Shown: one piece after another, positions 58,003-64,000 of the stretch
Layout: every line of letters starts with the position of its first letter
Position numbering within the stretch: the stretch's first letter is position 1
Assembly: GCA_964640635.1 (NCBI GenBank)
Contig: CAZXFD010000004.1
Location: 9,262 to 73,261 of the forward strand
Direction: 5' to 3'
DNA: 64,000 nt
Source of the DNA: an uncultured Gammaproteobacteria bacterium
GTDB taxonomy: Bacteria > Patescibacteriota > Patescibacteriia > UBA1558 > S5-K13
Program-made: the position numbers and the translations under genes
The notes under the pieces: model-generated
The model's database searches: none
What the model was told of the DNA's origin: nothing
What the model saw: the letters and a program-made list of their open reading frames with translations, nothing else

Positions 58003-58003
58003 G

Positions 58004-59674
58004 TTATTTTATTGAAGCTTTTAGAAACTCAACAAAAAGTGGGTGTGGGCTAAGTGGACGAGACTTATATTCTGGATGACCTTGGGTTGCAATAAAAAAT
58101 GGATGCATTTTTTTTGGGAGTTCTATAATTTCTACAAAAAAGTCGTCAGGAGATGTTCCAGAGAAAATCATTCCCTTGTCAGTCAATATTTTTCTATACT
58201 CATTATTGAATTCATATCTATGTCTATGACGTTCAGAAATAATCATATCGCTTCCTTGTAATTTTTTGTAAGTTTTGTGATCAAAATAAATTTTATATGC
58301 TAGAGTATCTTTTTTTACTAAGCAATCAAATCCGCCAAGTCTCATAGAGGTTCCTTCTCCTTTTATTGTTTGATATCTTGCTTCCATTGGAATATTGTGG
58401 ATTATTGGATGATTTGTTTTTGGATTTAATTCACTTGAATTAGCATCTTTTAATCCACAAATATTTCTTGCAAACTCAACGCAGGCTAGTTGCATGCCAA
58501 AACAAAGTCCAAGATATGGAATTTTGTTCTCTCTCGCGTATTTAATAGTTTGAATTTTTCCCTCAGATCCTCGCTCTCCCCAACCAATTGGAACTATGAT
58601 ACCACTTGCATCTTTTCCTATAAGTTTTATACCATCACGCTCAATAAGTTCGCTATTTACAAATTTAATTTTCACTTTTACTTCACAATTCCATGCAGCA
58701 TGATGAACCGCTTCAATAAGAGAAGCGTAGGAGTCAAGTAATTGAAAGTCTCCCGTTGAAATATATTTTCCTACGATATAAATTGTGATTTCTTTTTTAT
58801 GCTCCGTATTTATTTTTTTATTTAGTTTTTTCCATTCACTAATGTCTAATTTTTTGAGGTTGAGACTTAAATGTTCTAAGATTTTGCAGTCAAATTTTTG
58901 TTTTTCAAAAACAAGTGGAAGCTCATAGATGTTTTTTAAGTCCGGTGCCATAATAACGTTTTCACCTTCAATAGAGCATTTTAGTCCTAGTAAATACCTT
59001 CTTCTTTTGTCTATTTCCATATTTCCACGAAGGACTAGAAAATCTGGTATTATTCCCATAGACATCATTGTGCGAACCGACATTTGAGTAGGCATTGTTT
59101 TTGGCTCACCTAAGTGTCCAGGAATGGGAACATATGTAAGATGAATATTTATGACATCATGGGGGAATTGTGTTTTTATGATACGACATGCTTCATAGTA
59201 AAGCATATTTTGGTATTCTCCAGCTGTTCCGCCCAACTCTATTACGACTATGTCTTTTCCTTCCCCAGCTTTTTTTATGCGTTTTATTATTTCATCTGAT
59301 ACGTGAGGAATTGCTTCAACATCTTCTCCTCCATAGCCAAAAGATCTTTCTTTTTTTATAACATTAAAATAAATTTCTCCCATTGTTGTAAAGTTTGCTC
59401 TTCCCATTTCAAGTCCGAGAAATCTTTCATACGTTCCAAGATCCATATCTGCTTCAAGTCCGTCTTCGCACAAAAATGGATCGCCGTGTTCTATTGGATT
59501 GATGGTTCCTGAATCAACGTTAAGATAGTTCTCACATTTTATTGTTCCAACATTGTATCCCCTGCTTTTTAAAAGAAGAGCCACTGATGCTGCAGTGACT
59601 CCTTTTCCAAGGCCTGATAATACGCCCCCGGATACAAATATATATTTTACGTTGCTCTTTTTATTTTTTTGCAT
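58004..59674 (-). CDS. pyrG: CTP synthase
   Basis: GGVLSGLGKG, GLCFGMQ, ERHRHRYE, HPE motifs. Confidence 0.96.
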   Translation of the reverse strand: MQKNKKSNVKYIFVSGGVLSGLGKGVTAASVALLLKSRGYNVGTIKCENYLNVDSGTINPIEHGDPFLCEDGLEADMDLGTYERFLGLEMGRANFTTMGEIYFNVIKKERSFGYGGEDVEAIPHVSDEIIKRIKKAGEGKDIVVIELGGTAGEYQNMLYYEACRIIKTQFPHDVINIHLTYVPIPGHLGEPKTMPTQMSVRTMMSMGIIPDFLVLRGNMEIDKRRRYLLGLKCSIEGENVIMAPDLKNIYELPLVFEKQKFDCKILEHLSLNLKKLDISEWKKLNKKINTEHKKEITIYIVGKYISTGDFQLLDSYASLIEAVHHAAWNCEVKVKIKFVNSELIERDGIKLIGKDASGIIVPIGWGERGSEGKIQTIKYARENKIPYLGLCFGMQLACVEFARNICGLKDANSSELNPKTNHPIIHNIPMEARYQTIKGEGTSMRLGGFDCLVKKDTLAYKIYFDHKTYKKLQGSDMIISERHRHRYEFNNEYRKILTDKGMIFSGTSPDDFFVEIIELPKKMHPFFIATQGHPEYKSRPLSPHPLFVEFLKASIK

Positions 59675-59687
59675 AATTAATTTGTAT

Positions 59688-60134
59688 TTATTCTTTTTCT
59701 ATTGTTAGTGTTATTGTGTCTTGTTTTCCATTTGGGAGCTTGATGCTTATTTTATGAATACCAACGGTTTTTATGTGATGTGGTAAATTTATTTTTTCTT
59801 TTTCTAGCTTTACATTTAATTGCTTTTTTAATAGTTTTGATATGTCTTCACTTGAAATACCTCCGAACATAATTCCCTCTTCATTTGCCTTTGCTTTTAT
59901 ATTTATTTTTAGACCCTTGAGTTTGTTAGACATTTTATTGTCTATATAATTTTTTTGTTTAATGTTCTTTTCAACGGATTTTATTTTTTGTGTAGTTTTT
60001 ATAACAACATCTTTTGTGGCAGGAATTGCTAGTTTTTGAGGAAATAAAAAATTCATAGCATATCCACTTGAGACTTCTTTTATTTCATCTTTTTTTGCAA
60101 CGTTTGTTACATTTTGTAAAAATAATACTTTCAT
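59688..60134 (-). CDS. rplI: 50S ribosomal protein L9
   Basis: [25 protein letters not shown] motifs. Confidence 0.93.
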   Translation of the reverse strand: MKVLFLQNVTNVAKKDEIKEVSSGYAMNFLFPQKLAIPATKDVVIKTTQKIKSVEKNIKQKNYIDNKMSNKLKGLKINIKAKANEEGIMFGGISSEDISKLLKKQLNVKLEKEKINLPHHIKTVGIHKISIKLPNGKQDTITLTIEKE

Positions 60135-60176
60135 GGGGTTAGGATGTTAGTGGGTTAGTAGATTAGGGGACTAGAA

Positions 60177-61421
60177 TTATTTTAATAGTTCTAGGGCTTT
60201 ATCTAGTTGTGGATCTATGTCTTTATTATAGTCTTCTGTTGTGAGTTTTACTTCAATGTCTGGAGTTATTCCTTCTCCATTGATAGAGCGTCCTAGCGGA
60301 GTGAGCCATTTTGCTATTGTTAGTTTTAGTGATGAGCCATCTTCTAGCTTGATAAGGTCTTGAACACTTCCTTTGCCAAATGTCTTTTCTCCAACAATAG
60401 TTGCTAACTTGTAATCTTGCAATGCGCCAGAGACTATCTCGGATGCAGAAGCACTACCTCCATTTACTAGTATTACTGTTTTTTTGCCCTTGAGTCTTGG
60501 AGTAGCGGTGCTCGTGGAGTAATTTTGTGTTTTTGATTTATCACGGAATTCTTCTTTTACTATTACATTATTTTCTACCCAATCACTTGCTACTTTTATG
60601 GCTGTTGTAAGATATCCACCTGGATCATTTCGAAGATCTAGTATTATAGAGTCAACTTTTTTAGCTACTAAATCATTTATAGCTTTATCAAATAATGCGT
60701 CTGTGTCAGTATTAAAGTGGCTTATTTTTATATATCCTATATGATTTTCTTTTACAGACCATACAACACTTTCATATTTTATATCATCTCTTGTTATTTC
60801 TATTTCCTGATCTGTTTTTTCATCTTTATGTATAATGCGGAGCTTTACCTTTGTGTCTTTATCTCCTCTAATTTTGGAAACAGCCATATTGAGAGACATA
60901 CTAGTTGTATCTAATCCATCAATTGCGATTATGATGTCACCCGGTTTGATGCCAGATTTTTCGGCAGGAGAATTTGGTAGTGGAGATATCACGGTTAGTT
61001 TATCATTTTTTATACCAATTTCAGCACCTATACCTTGAAATTTTCCTTCTAGTTCATTTTGAAATTCTTTTGCAACTTCTGGTTTTAGAAATATTGTATA
61101 TGGATCTCCAAGGGATGCTACAAGACCCATTTGTGCACCGTAGAACATATCTATGTCTTTCAAATCATCAGATCCCACGTATCTATCCTTGATTGTTTCC
61201 CAAACATTCCAAAATAGTTCAAAATCAACATCTTTAGATAGAGAGTCTGAAACCGCATTTTTATTCTTTATTTCACTGGCACCATCATTTGTGGAAATTT
61301 TATCTACATTTGAAACGCCAACAAATAATCCTATAAAGAAACTCGCAATTATAAGAATTGAAACTAGAATTATTGTGATGCTTTTGTTTTTTTCTCTTTT
61401 TAACATTTTTTCGTCGTACAT
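60177..61421 (-). CDS. ctpA: S41 C-terminal processing protease with PDZ domain
   Basis: DPYT, GIGAEI, DLRNDPGG, SASASE, TFGKGSVQ motifs. Confidence 0.92.
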   Translation of the reverse strand: MYDEKMLKREKNKSITIILVSILIIASFFIGLFVGVSNVDKISTNDGASEIKNKNAVSDSLSKDVDFELFWNVWETIKDRYVGSDDLKDIDMFYGAQMGLVASLGDPYTIFLKPEVAKEFQNELEGKFQGIGAEIGIKNDKLTVISPLPNSPAEKSGIKPGDIIIAIDGLDTTSMSLNMAVSKIRGDKDTKVKLRIIHKDEKTDQEIEITRDDIKYESVVWSVKENHIGYIKISHFNTDTDALFDKAINDLVAKKVDSIILDLRNDPGGYLTTAIKVASDWVENNVIVKEEFRDKSKTQNYSTSTATPRLKGKKTVILVNGGSASASEIVSGALQDYKLATIVGEKTFGKGSVQDLIKLEDGSSLKLTIAKWLTPLGRSINGEGITPDIEVKLTTEDYNKDIDPQLDKALELLK

Positions 61422-61453
61422 TATATTAGTATTTAGTGTTTAGTATTTAGTTT

Positions 61454-62710
61454 CTAGCCTACTCTTTTTATTTTTGCTCCGAGCTTATTTAGTCTTTCAT
61501 CAATTCTTTCGTATCCTCTATCTATTTGTTCTATATTGTCTATTTCTGTTGTTTTTTGGGCAATGAGACCTGCTATAAGCATTGCAAGTCCTGCTCTTAT
61601 GTCAGGACTCTCAACTTTTTTTCCATATAGCTTTGAAGGGCCAGTTATAACTACTCTATGTGGATCGCAAAGTACTATATTGGCACCCATTCTTGAGAGT
61701 AGATCTGTAAAATAAAGCCTTCCTTCAAATATTGTTTCGTGTACTATACTTGTTCCTTTGGCTTGGGTTAGTAGAATTGTATAACAACTTTGTAGGTCTG
61801 TTGGAAATCCAGGATATTCGTGTGTTGTTATATTTATGGCGCTGAGATTGTCTGCACTTAATATTTTTATATAATCTTTCCCAATGTCTAGTTTAACCCC
61901 CATTTTTTGAAGTATTTTAATAGGTATTTCTAGATGTTTTGGCTCGCAATTTTTTATTTTTAGATTGCTTTTTGTGGCAACTCCTACGCATAGAAAACTT
62001 CCAGCCTCTATTCTATCTGGTATGATGTTGAATTCTGTGCCGTGAAGTTTTTTTACGCCAATTATTTCAATATGTGGGGTTCCAGCTCCTTTTATTTTTG
62101 CACCCATTTGGTTCAACATATCAGCTAGCGCTGTAACTTCTGGTTCGCATGCTGCATTTACAATTTCTGTTTTTCCATTTGCTAGAACAGCAAGCAACAT
62201 CAAGCTTTCTGTGCCAGTGTGACTTATTGAGTTGAAGATGTATTTTTTTCCATTTATTCCTTTGTTTATAAATGTATAAAATTTGTTATTGAAATTTATT
62301 TTTACACCCAGCTCTGTAAAGAAATCTAGAAATAAGTCTATTGGTCTTTTGCCTATTATACATCCTCCAGGATGAGGCATCTCAACCTTAGGAAATCTAT
62401 GAAGTAGAGGTGCTACAAACATAATAGAGGTTCTTATCTTTTTTGCAAGATCACTATTTAGTTTTTTTGGGTTAATTTTTTTGCAACATATTTCTACAGA
62501 ATTTGGTTTGATTTTTGTAACTTCTGCGCCAAGTTCTTTTAGTATTTCTAAAGAAAAATCAACATCTACAATATTTGGTAGATTGTGTAAAATAACTTTT
62601 TCGTTTGTTAAAAGGGTTGCGGGAATTGCTTTGAGAGCATTATTTTTAGCCCCCATTACAGATATTTCCCCTTTTAATTTTGTATTGCTGCTAATGATGA
62701 ATTTAGACAT
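61454..62710 (-). CDS. murA: UDP-N-acetylglucosamine 1-carboxyvinyltransferase
   Basis: GAKN, PGGCIIGKRP, PDRIEAG, PGFPTDLQ, DRGYE motifs. Confidence 0.96.
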   Translation of the reverse strand: MSKFIISSNTKLKGEISVMGAKNNALKAIPATLLTNEKVILHNLPNIVDVDFSLEILKELGAEVTKIKPNSVEICCKKINPKKLNSDLAKKIRTSIMFVAPLLHRFPKVEMPHPGGCIIGKRPIDLFLDFFTELGVKINFNNKFYTFINKGINGKKYIFNSISHTGTESLMLLAVLANGKTEIVNAACEPEVTALADMLNQMGAKIKGAGTPHIEIIGVKKLHGTEFNIIPDRIEAGSFLCVGVATKSNLKIKNCEPKHLEIPIKILQKMGVKLDIGKDYIKILSADNLSAINITTHEYPGFPTDLQSCYTILLTQAKGTSIVHETIFEGRLYFTDLLSRMGANIVLCDPHRVVITGPSKLYGKKVESPDIRAGLAMLIAGLIAQKTTEIDNIEQIDRGYERIDERLNKLGAKIKRVG

Positions 62711-62845
62711 ATTTTTGATATATAGTTTATAAAAAAATAAAATTGGCTACAGAGCTTGAAATTTGTGCCATAAATAGATAAGATTAGATCAGTTCTATTT
62801 AATTAAATTTTACATTAAAAACTCAGCTTATTCAAGCTTATATAT

Positions 62846-64000
62846 ATGAACAAAACAATAAGAAAACTTTATGCGATATTTGCTTTTGTGGTTTTTTTTG
62901 CTGCACTTTTTGTAGTTGTTTTTTTGGCAATGGGATATAGCTATAATTTTTCTAAGAAATCAGTAGAAAAAAGGAGCGTTTTGTATGTAAAATCTTATCC
63001 AAGGGGAGCAGAAGTTTATTTGAACGATAGTCTTTATAAACAACGCACACCTGCTCAAGTAAACTTTTTAAAACCAGATTTATATAATATAGAAATTCGT
63101 AAGGAAAAATATCAGCCCTGGAAAAAGAAAATACTTATTAAAGCTAATGATACTGTTTTCATAGAAAATGTATCATTGTTTTTTAGCGAGACAATAAAAA
63201 CAATCATAAAGCAAGGAGACTTTTCTTTACTTAGTTATCCCCCAGATAAATCAAAATTTTTATCTTATGATAATAAGAATAAAGCTCTGTTTGTATTTAA
63301 TATTGATCAAGAAAATTACTCTAGCTTAGACACTCCAATCAAAGATATTGTTTCTTCGCTATGGTCAAATGATTCCTCAATTGTTTTGATTCAAACAAAA
63401 AAACAAAATCTAATAGTTTATTCAGACTATCTAAATTCCCCAATGTTAAATATTGGAGATTATGTTAAGTTTCAGATAAAAGATTTTTTCTGGGATAAAT
63501 TTGATTCAAATTCATTGTATTTTTTAGATGAGAAAAATAATGCATATAAATTTGAATTATCTACAAAAAAAGTTCAACAATTAAATATATCAGGCATTAT
63601 TACTTTAAAACCAGAGGGAGAAAAAATTTATTATATTAGCAGACTCAAGGATAAAGATGGTAATACAAAAATGTCGCTTAATCTTATGAGTTTGAAAGAT
63701 GAAAAAATAGAAACAGTTTATAGCTTTGATACGCTGGGAGATATGGAGTTTATTCTTACAAATAGGGATTATTTCTGTGTTTTGAATAAGAATAATAAAA
63801 GACTCTACGTAATAGATCCAAATATGCCAAATTATTTGATTAAATCCTTTGATAATGTAAATGGTGCTAGCTGGGATATTTATAATAGAATTCTTCTTGT
63901 ATATGGAGATTTTGAAATATCTACTTATGATATTATTACAAATGAATTTGCTTTAATAAATAGATTTAGTGAAAAAATAAAAAATGCTTTTTGGCATAAA
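62846..64000 (+). CDS. PEGA-domain membrane protein, 3'-truncated by the window
   Basis: MNKTIRK + TM + GY; KSYPRGAEVYLND..TP..LKPDLYNIEIRKEKYQPWKK; not in the ORF track, apparently because it runs off the window end. Confidence 0.8.
   Translation, partial: MNKTIRKLYAIFAFVVFFAALFVVVFLAMGYSYNFSKKSVEKRSVLYVKSYPRGAEVYLNDSLYKQRTPAQVNFLKPDLYNIEIRKEKYQPWKKKILIKANDTVFIENVSLFFSETIKTIIKQGDFSLLSYPPDKSKFLSYDNKNKALFVFNIDQENYSSLDTPIKDIVSSLWSNDSSIVLIQTKKQNLIVYSDYLNSPMLNIGDYVKFQIKDFFWDKFDSNSLYFLDEKNNAYKFELSTKKVQQLNISGIITLKPEGEKIYYISRLKDKDGNTKMSLNLMSLKDEKIETVYSFDTLGDMEFILTNRDYFCVLNKNNKRLYVIDPNMPNYLIKSFDNVNGASWDIYNRILLVYGDFEISTYDIITNEFALINRFSEKIKNAFWHK

Noticed and set aside
572-62732. Many short ORFs antisense to or inside long genes (e.g. 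4115-4531, 22254-22619, 23111-23473, 48799-49341, 61153-61443)
   Set aside because: They overlap well-supported genes and have no motifs or RBS; typical shadow ORFs
1-64000. CRISPR array, IS transposase, prophage, rRNA
   Set aside because: No repeat-spacer series and no transposase, phage structural or rRNA-like sequence seen
1-64000. Alternative genetic code (UGA = Gly as in Gracilibacteria)
   Set aside because: Conserved genes are full length under code 11, several end in TGA, and RF2 is present

Overview
AT-rich bacterial chromosome segment using genetic code 11 (TGA stops, TGG = Trp). Gene content and style suggest a Patescibacteria/CPR (Parcubacteria-like) genome; this is inference from the mostly SD-less genes, split ComEC, PEGA/CAP/GT2 proteins and archaeal-type ProRS. 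It is mostly housekeeping: pgk-eno-gpmI, uppP, manC, mltG, fmt/def/priA, lysS, serS, gltX, proS, rlmN, rarA, trxB, ndk, prfB, pyrG, rplI, murA and three tRNAs. Standouts: (1) a reduced trimeric [FeFe]-hydrogenase operon with intact H-cluster motifs, non-bifurcating signatures and no maturases in the window; (2) a lone Xer recombinase with an 11-6-11 dif-like site 19 bp upstream of its start, near where gene orientation flips; (3) a small Lys-rich BrfA/ArfA-like ORF divergent from prfB and flanked by two SD-led micro-ORFs; (4) an acyl-CoA ligase-PlsC-HAD operon coupled to a 7TM kinase; (5) several apparent pseudoenzymes; (6) unexplained intergenic families (CCCCCACC inverted repeats, 6-3-6 palindromes, 7/8-nt periodic tracts). 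All calls come from reading the sequence; no searches were run.
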